A DNA stretch of 33,884 nt from a virus (taxonomy: Duplodnaviria > Caudoviricetes), in IMG/VR virus record IMGVR_UViG_3300017780_004277, positions 1 through 33,884 of that record; one strand, written 5' to 3'. The translations under genes and the position numbers were made by a program. Below the pieces are notes generated by a model that had not been told where the DNA came from, ran no database searches, and was given only the letters and a program-made list of their open reading frames with translations. Below, in pieces: positions 20,336 through 28,530 of the stretch (within the stretch, counting starts at the first letter, position 1; each line of letters begins with the position of its first letter).

Positions 20336-21259
20336 ATGGACAAGTTACACCTAGTACTGGGATTACTTCGCACAATTTTTGGAAAATCAAAACCATCAAC
20401 AAAGGGAAACCATGCATTTAATTGTCCATTTTGCAAACACCATAAACCAAAGCTTGAAGTAGATCTAATACTAGGTGTATGGCATTGTTGGGTATGTGGC
20501 GAAAAAGGTAGATCGCCTGTATCACTACTAAGAAAAGCACATGCAAACCAAGAGCAGGTAGCTGAAATGAGATCATACTTTCCAGATGGAAAAGGAGAAA
20601 AACTTGAAAAGACATACACAACCGTTGAACTACCAAAAGAATTTACATCATTAGGAGTTAAATCAACTAAGCATGCATTCAGGCAAGCAAAGGCATACAT
20701 TACCAGTAGAGGTTTAACAGATGAAGATGTTATAAAGTATAACATAGGCTACTGTGAAGCAGGTAAATATAGAAATTCAATAATAGTACCATCCTACAAC
20801 AGATCGGGTCAAATCAACTACTTTATATCAAGGTCTTTTGAGAAAGAACCAGGCAGGAAATACAACGCACCATCGTGTAATAAGAATGATATTATTGGAT
20901 TAGAATACTATATTAACTGGAAATGTCCTGTTATTTTATGTGAGGGTATTTTTGATGCAATAGCCTTAAAACGCAACGCAGTACCATTGTTTGGTAAATC
21001 TATTCCAACTGCCTTAATGATGAAGCTTGTAGAAAGCGATGTTAAAACGGTTTATCTTGCGTTAGACAACGATGCATTGAAAGAAGCGATCAACTACTCA
21101 CAACAACTATTAAACCTTGGTAAAGACGTTTATTTAATTGAATTACAAGGAAAGGATCCATCGGATTTAGGTTTTGAAGAGGTTACAAGATACCTTCACA
21201 CGGCTAAACAAATGACGTTTAGTGATTTATTACTTAAGAAAATGCAATTATGCAAATAG
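20336..21259 (+). CDS. DNA primase (zinc-binding domain + TOPRIM), DnaG-like
   Basis: CPFCKHH..WHCWVC zinc finger; YITSRGL..YNIGY; ILCEGIFDA; LALDNDA; KDPSD. ATG 20336 is preferred over TTG 20288, which overlaps the previous gene. Confidence 0.88.
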   Translation: MDKLHLVLGLLRTIFGKSKPSTKGNHAFNCPFCKHHKPKLEVDLILGVWHCWVCGEKGRSPVSLLRKAHANQEQVAEMRSYFPDGKGEKLEKTYTTVELPKEFTSLGVKSTKHAFRQAKAYITSRGLTDEDVIKYNIGYCEAGKYRNSIIVPSYNRSGQINYFISRSFEKEPGRKYNAPSCNKNDIIGLEYYINWKCPVILCEGIFDAIALKRNAVPLFGKSIPTALMMKLVESDVKTVYLALDNDALKEAINYSQQLLNLGKDVYLIELQGKDPSDLGFEEVTRYLHTAKQMTFSDLLLKKMQLCK

Positions 21260-21897
21260 TAGAACAAAGAAGTGAGCAGTGGTTTAAAATTAGAAGAGGT
21301 AAAATAACTAGCTCTGAATTTTATAAAATTATGGGCGATGGTAAAGTAAGAGAAACCTACTTACTTGAAAAGATATCAGAAAGCCTAGGAGGATTTGCAC
21401 AACCAGCCACAGGACTAGCAATAGAATGGGGCACTGAATTAGAGGAATTAGCGTCAAGAGTTTATACAGAAAGGACTGGTAATAAGGTAGATAGAGCATC
21501 TTTTATAAGTTATAATGATTATTATGGTGGATCTCCGGATGGACTAGTAGCACCTGATGGTATTATTGAAATTAAATGTCCATACACATCAGTAAAACAC
21601 TTTAAGCACGGCCTTATTAAGACCGATGCAGACTTCAAAAAAGCATTTCCGGATTACTACTACCAGTGTATTTCTAATATGATATGTGCAAAAACGCAGT
21701 GGTGTGACTTTATTAGCTATGATCCAAGAGTAGATGACTGTTGTCAGATGTATATTTACAGACTAAACCGTGATGAATTAATAATAGAAGCGATGATGGA
21801 AAAAGTTAAAACAGCAGCAAAAGATATGGATGAACTTAAAGATCGCCTCCAAAATACTATAAATAAGGAAGTTCCTAACGTAGACACGGCTCAGTAG
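21250..21897 (+). CDS. YqaJ / lambda-exonuclease family nuclease
   Basis: QRSEQWFKIRRGKITSS, WGTELE, GGSPDGLV..IIEIKCP, YYYQ and WCDFISYDPR. Confidence 0.93.
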   Translation: MQIVEQRSEQWFKIRRGKITSSEFYKIMGDGKVRETYLLEKISESLGGFAQPATGLAIEWGTELEELASRVYTERTGNKVDRASFISYNDYYGGSPDGLVAPDGIIEIKCPYTSVKHFKHGLIKTDADFKKAFPDYYYQCISNMICAKTQWCDFISYDPRVDDCCQMYIYRLNRDELIIEAMMEKVKTAAKDMDELKDRLQNTINKEVPNVDTAQ

Positions 21898-21898
21898 A

Positions 21899-21906
21899 TA
21901 TTTATT
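21899..21906 (+). promoter_or_regulatory. TATTTAT(A/T) putative late-promoter motif
   Basis: Lies in the 14-nt gap before ATG 21912. The extended TCAGTAGATATTTAT (21891-21905) is identical to 23943-23957. Confidence 0.6.
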
Positions 21907-21911
21907 ATCAT

Positions 21912-22544
21912 ATGATTGACGCAATACTATTAGGACAATTATTAGCAGAGGAGGTTATCAATGCACCAGGCCCCTGCCTATACCCAGGTAAATTTCATCC
22001 ACCACACAAGGGACACTTTGAAGCAGCCGAGAATTTAGCTAGTAGAACCTATATAACAGAAGTCATTATTATACTAAGCGCTAAAGTAGCACCCGAGACT
22101 GGTAATATATCACCAGAGCAAGCTCTTCAGATTTGGAAAATGTACTTAAATGCACAACCAAATGCTAAAATAAAACTATTAATATCGGAACACGCTAGTC
22201 CAGTCGTAGACATGATTGAAATAATAAAGAGAAATCCCGAAACACAGGTTGTCTATATAGCTACTGGACAGGATGAAACTGATGATAAAAACTATACAGA
22301 GTCACTACAGAAGCAGTTTGGAGATAGAGTTAAGTCAATAACAGTACAAGAGAAGAGTGGAACAGCGTCAGCACCACACATTAGAGCACTAGTACAGCAG
22401 AAGGACTACGATGCATTTAAGGAAACCGTACCAGAAGCGGCTTATAATAAAGGAGCAGCACCTAAAATTTGGAAAATACTAACATCAACAATACCAAGTG
22501 AACAAGAACAAGGAACTGATCAAGGACTTCCTAAAACACTGTAA
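21912..22544 (+). CDS. HIGH-motif nucleotidyltransferase (cytidylyltransferase-like)
   Basis: LYPGKFHPPHKGH (HxGH), then a Rossmann-like core and C-terminal SAPHIR, comparable to the SAT.IR motif. Confidence 0.8.
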   Translation: MIDAILLGQLLAEEVINAPGPCLYPGKFHPPHKGHFEAAENLASRTYITEVIIILSAKVAPETGNISPEQALQIWKMYLNAQPNAKIKLLISEHASPVVDMIEIIKRNPETQVVYIATGQDETDDKNYTESLQKQFGDRVKSITVQEKSGTASAPHIRALVQQKDYDAFKETVPEAAYNKGAAPKIWKILTSTIPSEQEQGTDQGLPKTL

Positions 22545-22863
22545 GAAGGAATTAGGCATACAGTCGCTGCCACATATTAAATTCATTGCTGATAAAGCAT
22601 GGGTAGCGGAGAGAAGCTCCTTTGGTGAGTATTCGCCGAGTGATAATACGGTGTATGTGTATTATTACAATCGAAATACAGCAGATGTATACAGAAGCTT
22701 AGCACACGAACTGACGCACCACAGACAAAAAGAGCTTAACATGATTCACCAGGAATCAGGTGAGACAGGAACTGATATAGAAAATGAAGCAAATGCAATG
22801 GCTGGTATCTTAATGAGGGAGTATGGTAAACTTAATCCAACAATATACGATTTAGATTTATGA
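22498..22863 (+). CDS. Small HExxH zincin-like metallopeptidase domain protein
   Basis: RSLAHELTHHRQ followed by ENEANAMAG. GTG start overlapping the previous gene. Confidence 0.75.
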   Translation: MNKNKELIKDFLKHCKKELGIQSLPHIKFIADKAWVAERSSFGEYSPSDNTVYVYYYNRNTADVYRSLAHELTHHRQKELNMIHQESGETGTDIENEANAMAGILMREYGKLNPTIYDLDL

Positions 22864-23384
22864 TAAAGTTAGTTGACCTATACAAACAATTGAACGAAGG
22901 AGAAATAATCAAACTAGCAGACATATTAAGAGAAGGTAGGCAAGTAGGAACCTTGTACTATTTTGGACCATACAGACGTCTTAGTCGATTAGTTGATAAT
23001 AATTTTATACTATCATCTACTATACAACCCTTCGTATCGTTCACTCGCAACAAAACAATGGTATCAGACACGATTACAACTGAAACTAGAATTACTATAG
23101 ACGGTGATAAGTTGTCACAAAAATATAAGATAGCACCCTTTGCACAAACTTTAGCAGGATATGGCAGAGAGTCAGCTGATGAGGCAGAGGAGAGAATTGA
23201 TCTTAAAAAATACCCAAAAGGAATTGATATATCAAAAGCAATTATAGGAATCGAAATAAAAAACCCACTAGCAGTTAATTCAGAATTTGACGACGAGGAG
23301 TCGTTTGAACCACCGAGCTTAGAGGCATATAACGAATTAATTAAAAAACTAAAGCAAAGTAATATACCCTATAAAATAATATAA
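22860..23384 (+). CDS. Hypothetical protein with a doubled MIKL..D.L..E leader; possible ADP-ribosyltransferase-like fold
   Basis: Leader MIKLVDLYKQLNE-GE-IIKLADILRE. The body carries LYYF ... VSFTR ... DEAEERI. Confidence 0.5.
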   Translation: MIKLVDLYKQLNEGEIIKLADILREGRQVGTLYYFGPYRRLSRLVDNNFILSSTIQPFVSFTRNKTMVSDTITTETRITIDGDKLSQKYKIAPFAQTLAGYGRESADEAEERIDLKKYPKGIDISKAIIGIEIKNPLAVNSEFDDEESFEPPSLEAYNELIKKLKQSNIPYKII

Positions 23385-23390
23385 AATGTT

Positions 23391-23978
23391 ATGGAAAATA
23401 ATCTAAAAAAAGAATTTAATAAGCGTGATGTACAGAGAATGAGAAACATCATAAGTGGTAATGTTGGCGAAAAAACACAAACGCAAGTAGGATGGGACTT
23501 AAACAAACAAAATCACGTAGACGGCGATATATGGGAAGAGGGTGGTAAGAAGTGGACTATTAAAAACGGGATTAAGCAAACAGTAACAAAGCTAGATAAG
23601 ATCAAGAATTTAGTTATAATGCCACTAGCATGTCCAAATTGTGGAAACTTAATAAAGTTGCACGACGTGGAAAAGAAAATGTGGTCTATCCATAAAATGT
23701 GTTTTGACTGTGTACTAAAGGTAGAAGGCCAGATACGAAGAGAGGGTAGGTGGAGTGAATATGAAAGTCAGATAATAAATGCAAATAAAAATGCATCACT
23801 AGATGATCTAGAAAGAGCGTTAGAGGAGTGGTTAGTAGAAGAGGACACGTTTGTAACGGAACAAGGTGACGTTGAGTCATGGGATGGTGGTAATAAAAAG
23901 GATATATATAAGCAGGTAAAAAAGCGTATAACTGATCTTAAATCAGTAGATATTTATAACAAAGAAAAAATAGAATAA
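23391..23978 (+). CDS. Hypothetical protein with a CxxC...CxxC zinc-binding motif
   Basis: CPNCG...CFDC, and GDIWEEGGKKWTIKNGIKQ. Confidence 0.65.
   Translation: MENNLKKEFNKRDVQRMRNIISGNVGEKTQTQVGWDLNKQNHVDGDIWEEGGKKWTIKNGIKQTVTKLDKIKNLVIMPLACPNCGNLIKLHDVEKKMWSIHKMCFDCVLKVEGQIRREGRWSEYESQIINANKNASLDDLERALEEWLVEEDTFVTEQGDVESWDGGNKKDIYKQVKKRITDLKSVDIYNKEKIE
23951..23958 (+). promoter_or_regulatory. TATTTAT(A/T) putative late-promoter motif
   Basis: TATTTATA ends 21 nt before ATG 23980, within the end of the previous gene. Confidence 0.55.
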
Positions 23979-23979
23979 A

Positions 23980-24633
23980 ATGCCTTATACACACAAAAAA
24001 GTTGGAAACAAGTACGTCGTTTACAAAAAAGGTAAAAAAGTTGGAGAAACTGACGGTACTCAAAAAGCGCTTGATAAGTACTTAGCAGCATTACATATTA
24101 ATGCAGATAAGAAAGAAAGCGTTAAAGAATCTATAATGATGCAACAACCAACACATCATCAAACCGCACAACAGATGATGCAACAAATGCCACAGCAGAT
24201 GGAGCCGGAAATGCCTAGCCACGAACACCCAGGCTGCGAAGACAATATTGGAGACATCTATGTAGTAATGAAACCGACTCCAGAAAGTCAACCAGAAGAT
24301 ATAATACATCAAACACATGCATTTGGAATAGGTCAGTATGATCCAACACAGGTACATGGTATTTACCAGGATGGCGAAGAAGCGAATATTGTTGCCGAAG
24401 CAGCTTGTAATGAGTTATATAAGCATATGAAAGAAGTTGAAGATAAAAAGCATGCTGTGACTGAGAAAATTGAGAGAATGATTGCTAAGATGCAAAGAGA
24501 GGTAAACAATCACATGAAATCTGGTAAGGATGAAAGTGCGAAGATGATTTTAGAAAAGATTAGCGGTCTTCGTGAAAGACATAAAATGGTACATTCATCT
24601 AAAAAAGAACTTAGACCAATAGAAAAAAAATAA
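23980..24633 (+). CDS. Hypothetical protein: basic N-terminal module, Q/M-rich linker, C-terminal coiled coil
   Basis: 217 aa: MPYTHKKVG...LAALHINA, then SVKES, then MMQQ..QQMMQQMPQQM. Confidence 0.6.
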   Translation: MPYTHKKVGNKYVVYKKGKKVGETDGTQKALDKYLAALHINADKKESVKESIMMQQPTHHQTAQQMMQQMPQQMEPEMPSHEHPGCEDNIGDIYVVMKPTPESQPEDIIHQTHAFGIGQYDPTQVHGIYQDGEEANIVAEAACNELYKHMKEVEDKKHAVTEKIERMIAKMQREVNNHMKSGKDESAKMILEKISGLRERHKMVHSSKKELRPIEKK

Positions 24634-24635
24634 CC

Positions 24636-24998
24636 ATGGATCAATTCGCTACATTTATCTCAACACTATTTAATAGCCGCACACAGGCTCACATATATCA
24701 TTTACAGACAAACTCATACGCAGCACATGTAGCGTTAGGAGTTTATTACGACAAAATTGTCGATCTAGCAGATGGATTAGTAGAATCATACCAAGGTAGA
24801 TACGGTATTCTAAGAGGATATCAAGGTCAAGCATCATTTAAAGAGGATGAAAATGCTATTACATACTTTGAAGCTCTATGCAAATATGTAGAGACTATTA
24901 GACAACAGCTACCTCAAGATAGCTACATTCAAAATGAAATTGATAATGTAGTAGTACTAATAGAAACAACAAAATATAAGCTTAAATTCTTACACTAG
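24636..24998 (+). CDS. Ferritin/Dps-like four-helix-bundle protein
   Basis: QAHIYHLQT.SYAAH.ALG.YYD.I.DL.D.LVESYQG.YG...QNEIDNV..LI..TKYKL follows Dps-like H/H/D/E ligand spacing. Confidence 0.75.
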   Translation: MDQFATFISTLFNSRTQAHIYHLQTNSYAAHVALGVYYDKIVDLADGLVESYQGRYGILRGYQGQASFKEDENAITYFEALCKYVETIRQQLPQDSYIQNEIDNVVVLIETTKYKLKFLH

Positions 24999-24999
24999 A

Positions 25000-25734
25000 A
25001 TGTTAGACGAAAAGAAAAGTATCTGTTGTCATGACTGTGGGCATATGCATCCAATGGGTACATCGTGCCCATCCCCTAAATTAACAGGCAAAAGAAGCTG
25101 TCAGAGAAGGTCACTAAAAGAAACAGGTGAAGAAATCAAATGTAAAGAGTGTGGATGGCATTGGAAATTAGTAGACGGAGGAAAAGATCCGTACCTTTGT
25201 AAATGCGGATACGATAACACACCAACTCAAAAAGAACTACATACAATAAAAAATGATGGACACGACGAATACCATCAATTAAGAGCAGATGTAGATGAGG
25301 CTTTAAAAGGATTATGGGCAAACATAAGAGCAAAACAAGCACGAGGTGAGAAACCTGCTCAAAAAGGATCAGGAGCATTCAAAAAAGCAAAGCAAGCAGC
25401 TAATAGAATAAATGTAATGGATGAAACAGATAACTTCTGTACAGAGTGTTTAATGGAATATCTACTCGAATATGAACACAAGCTAGAAGAAGCAGAATAT
25501 AGAGGTCGTAAAGTTAGTTTAGGCAAACCATTCCTAACACCAGACGGACCTAAGAAAAGATCAGTATACGTTAAGAATGCAAAAGGAAATGTTGTTAAGG
25601 TGAACTTCGGTGATCCTAATCTAAAAATAAAAAAGAATATCCCTGCACGTAGAAAGTCATTTAGAGCAAGACACAAATGTGATACTGCAAAGGATAGAAC
25701 CTCTCCAAGATACTGGAGTTGTAAACATTGGTAA
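25000..25734 (+). CDS. Modular protein made of small Cys-rich and basic domains
   Basis: CCHDCGHMH; CKECGW..C.CG; GLWANIRAK; CTEC; and a basic C-terminal domain KVNFGDP...RRKSFRARHKC...RYWSC. Confidence 0.7.
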   Translation: MLDEKKSICCHDCGHMHPMGTSCPSPKLTGKRSCQRRSLKETGEEIKCKECGWHWKLVDGGKDPYLCKCGYDNTPTQKELHTIKNDGHDEYHQLRADVDEALKGLWANIRAKQARGEKPAQKGSGAFKKAKQAANRINVMDETDNFCTECLMEYLLEYEHKLEEAEYRGRKVSLGKPFLTPDGPKKRSVYVKNAKGNVVKVNFGDPNLKIKKNIPARRKSFRARHKCDTAKDRTSPRYWSCKHW

Positions 25735-25735
25735 T

Positions 25736-26023
25736 ATGATTAAACTAGTCGATATACTAGCTGAGATGTACCCACCTTACAAAGCAAACATGCTGCAGAA
25801 GGTAAGATATAAAGCTTCTGATACATTTACCAATGATCCCAAAGATGCTACAAAAAGGGGATACGCGGAAGGGTATCATGACCCAGTTGAACCGGGAATA
25901 GTTAAAAAAAGATTAGGAAGGTTGTCCTGTACACGAGTGAGGTCAGCAAAAGCAAAACTAAAAGATAAAGGAACTCATTACGCAAAAGCATTACAAAGAT
26001 ATTTAAACTACCACTGTCAATGA
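25736..26023 (+). CDS. Small basic protein with MIKLVDILAE leader
   Basis: ATG 25736 lies 1 nt after the previous stop and begins the shared leader, so it is preferred over 25679. Confidence 0.7.
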   Translation: MIKLVDILAEMYPPYKANMLQKVRYKASDTFTNDPKDATKRGYAEGYHDPVEPGIVKKRLGRLSCTRVRSAKAKLKDKGTHYAKALQRYLNYHCQ

Positions 26024-26532
26024 TAAAATTAACAGATATACTAAAAGAAGTAGAAGCAAGTAAATGTCCTGCTCCAACACAAGATATACAGTTAAACCTA
26101 AAAAATAGGCAAAAAGCTATTAACGAATACGGCTACGGACCACTCAATCCTAACAACCCTAACGAAAAGTTTTGGCAGGCCAAAGCGGATATGTGGAAAC
26201 TAGACACAGTAGAAGAGGCTAAGTCGTCGAGATGTGGTAATTGTGCGGCATTCGATATAACAAAGAAGACTTTAGATTGTATTGCTAAGGGAATTGGGGA
26301 CGATCAAGGATCGGAAAATCCCTTTGATGTTATTAAGGCTGGCAAGTTAGGTTACTGTAGATTTTTAAAATTTAAGTGTGCTGCAGCTAGGACATGTGAT
26401 GCTTGGGTTGTTGGAGGACCAATAAAGGATAAAAAGCAGCTTAACACAGAAAGAACAAAACCACACGACCCAGACAATCCTAATCCAGACGACGATCCAC
26501 TAGGCAATATGTCCGATTGGAATAAAAATTAA
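26020..26532 (+). CDS. Cys-rich protein with MIKLTDILKE leader
   Basis: CPAPTQD...YGPLNP...CGNCAAF...C...GYC..LKFKC...TCDAW; likely metal-binding. Confidence 0.7.
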   Translation: MIKLTDILKEVEASKCPAPTQDIQLNLKNRQKAINEYGYGPLNPNNPNEKFWQAKADMWKLDTVEEAKSSRCGNCAAFDITKKTLDCIAKGIGDDQGSENPFDVIKAGKLGYCRFLKFKCAAARTCDAWVVGGPIKDKKQLNTERTKPHDPDNPNPDDDPLGNMSDWNKN

Positions 26533-27167
26533 TGCAACTAGTACTAACAAATACCGAGTTTAATTCTAGAGCTATTTGGGAGAATCCGATAGTAAAGTAC
26601 AAAGAACCTAACAGCGATTGTGTAGATCTTTTTGATACTAATGGATACGACCTTACAGAGTTAGAACAAGACTATGCAGAAGTAAATACCCCAGTTACTC
26701 AACATAGGTACAAGAGAGCGCTAAAGTATAACTGGTTTGAAACAAGTGAATCCATAATAGAAGGTGCTCATATAAACCACGCATTACTATTTGAGAGAAA
26801 AGCATACGGAGGTTCTGCATTAGAGCAGCTAAAGAATTGGAGTAGGGATCTACCGCTTGTAAGCAAGCTAACAAAGATAAGATCAAAGTGGGGTATTGAT
26901 CTAGCAATCGACTATGTAGATAGAGAAGGAAACGTGTTTGAGGTATTTCATTATGAGTGGGATGATTTTCACTACGAGAATGTAATGGCTGCAAAAGAGA
27001 AAATTGAAAAACTAGCACTTAACGTCGACTGGACAGATGCTGCTAAGCAGCTTTTAAGACGAAGAGACGAATGGGCAACACTGCCTTTCTTCGAACAAAG
27101 TGATTGGAAGTGTAAGTTTTACGGTATCGAGCCTGAAAAGTTTAAAATAATAATCTGGAATGATTAA
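26532..27167 (+). CDS. Hypothetical protein
   Basis: 211 aa, aromatic/acidic, translationally coupled on both sides. It lacks the shared leader. Confidence 0.65.
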   Translation: MQLVLTNTEFNSRAIWENPIVKYKEPNSDCVDLFDTNGYDLTELEQDYAEVNTPVTQHRYKRALKYNWFETSESIIEGAHINHALLFERKAYGGSALEQLKNWSRDLPLVSKLTKIRSKWGIDLAIDYVDREGNVFEVFHYEWDDFHYENVMAAKEKIEKLALNVDWTDAAKQLLRRRDEWATLPFFEQSDWKCKFYGIEPEKFKIIIWND

Positions 27168-27528
27168 ATTAACCGACCTACTAAAACAGCTACTAGAAGA
27201 GAAGAAGGCCGATCGCTGTCTGCGTATTGCAAGACAAAAGTACGATAAGCCATCAGCCTACCGATCAGGAGCGATTGTTAGATGTCGTAAAGGTGATATT
27301 TGGAAGGCTATAAAAGAAGATGAGTCACTACACAAGTGGTTCTCGAGAAAAGGAGCTAAGGGTAAGGCTAAGGGATGGGTTGATTGCAATGCACCCGATG
27401 GCAAAGGAGGTTACAAACCATGTGGTAGACAAAAAGGCGAAGACAGAGCAAAACATCCGTCATGCCGCCCTACACCAGCTGCTTGTAAAGATTCTGGTAA
27501 AGGAACAAAATGGGGAAAAACAAAATAA
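27160..27528 (+). CDS. Basic Cys-containing two-module protein with MIKLTDLLKQLLEE leader
   Basis: Module 1 is DRC...PSAYRSGAIVRCRK. Module 2 is SLHKWF...WVDCN...PCGR...PSCRPTPAAC. Confidence 0.7.
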   Translation: MIKLTDLLKQLLEEKKADRCLRIARQKYDKPSAYRSGAIVRCRKGDIWKAIKEDESLHKWFSRKGAKGKAKGWVDCNAPDGKGGYKPCGRQKGEDRAKHPSCRPTPAACKDSGKGTKWGKTK

Positions 27529-27529
27529 T

Positions 27530-27979
27530 ATGATAAAGTTAACAGACATATTAAACGAAGTAGAAGAGGGATTTCTTAGCAACATGTTTGGTAAGAAAGC
27601 ACCAGAGCCTCAAAAGCAACCAACACAAGCACCGAAAAAACCTCAAGGAAAAGAGTACGAAGTTGATGGAGTACCAGTAACAGTTGAAGGTATTTCAAAC
27701 GATGGTAAGGGATATACAGTGTGGGCAGGTAACAATCCTATAGGCGATCTAAGACAGGATTTTGCCAGCAAAGGAGGAAGCGGTTACGGAGAGAAAGGTG
27801 ATAAAGTATATTACTACGTAAGTGATTTAACCGACCACGTTGGCAGAAATGCCTACTTCACAGTATCAGCACCGAGTAATAATACAAGTGCAAAAAATGC
27901 AATAAAGACAGTAGCTGATCAAATACTTAAAAGAAAGCAACGCAATGGAATTAATACTCACGATTTAAACTTAAGCTAG
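27530..27979 (+). CDS. Hypothetical protein with MIKLTDILNE leader
   Basis: ATG 27530 lies 1 nt after the previous stop and begins the shared leader, so it is preferred over 27320. Confidence 0.7.
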   Translation: MIKLTDILNEVEEGFLSNMFGKKAPEPQKQPTQAPKKPQGKEYEVDGVPVTVEGISNDGKGYTVWAGNNPIGDLRQDFASKGGSGYGEKGDKVYYYVSDLTDHVGRNAYFTVSAPSNNTSAKNAIKTVADQILKRKQRNGINTHDLNLS

Positions 27980-28527
27980 TGATAAAGTTAACAGACATAC
28001 TAAAAGAAACGATAGTAAAATCTCCTCAAGAGCAGATGGAAGATTTTATTAATCTAGAAGATAAAGTAAGATCGTCTTTCATAGGTCATAAGAAAGTTGT
28101 TGCTTGGCATAGTAGATTGAAAGAAAAATATCCTAACCTAAGAATAAAATTTCTAAAAGACGGTGATGTATTGAGAGCAGAGGCTGATATAATGTTAAAT
28201 GAAGCAAAAAAAGAAGAACCTAAAATAGGTGCTTTTGAAGAATTTGCTGGAACTAGAGAGAAGGGTGCAGAAAAAATAACAAAAAATTCTAAGGAGAAAG
28301 GTGGCCTTTCAATGCTAACTTACTACCATTACAACGTTAAACTACCTTACTACAAGAAAGCAGCAGAAGGTAAATTAGACCTAGAAGCAGCTCATAAAGA
28401 GTACAAAGATCTACTAAAACAACTACATACAGCAACAAAAACTAATATGAATATTGAACAGATAGCTTTCCAAAAGCTGGTTGGTAAAATAGAAGTTTTA
28501 GGTGAATTGCTTATAAAACATAAGTAA
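27979..28527 (+). CDS. Hypothetical two-module protein with MIKLTDILKE leader (GTG start)
   Basis: GTG overlaps the TAG of the previous gene. An internal MLNE/AKK junction separates the modules. Confidence 0.7.
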   Translation: MIKLTDILKETIVKSPQEQMEDFINLEDKVRSSFIGHKKVVAWHSRLKEKYPNLRIKFLKDGDVLRAEADIMLNEAKKEEPKIGAFEEFAGTREKGAEKITKNSKEKGGLSMLTYYHYNVKLPYYKKAAEGKLDLEAAHKEYKDLLKQLHTATKTNMNIEQIAFQKLVGKIEVLGELLIKHK

Positions 28528-28530
28528 AAA

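Noticed and set aside
25679-25735. Upstream start for ORF 25679-26023
   Set aside because: It overlaps the previous gene by 56 nt. ATG 25736 follows the stop and begins the shared leader.
27320-27529. 70-aa N-terminal extension of ORF 27320-27979 as an overlapping gene
   Set aside because: It is an alternative frame of 27160-27528. ATG 27530 begins the shared leader right after the stop.
22860-28010. Leader repeats as DNA recombination sites or integron-like cassette boundaries
   Set aside because: Variation is mostly synonymous, there is no inverted symmetry, and no recombinase is present in the window. Incidental recombination at these sites cannot be excluded.
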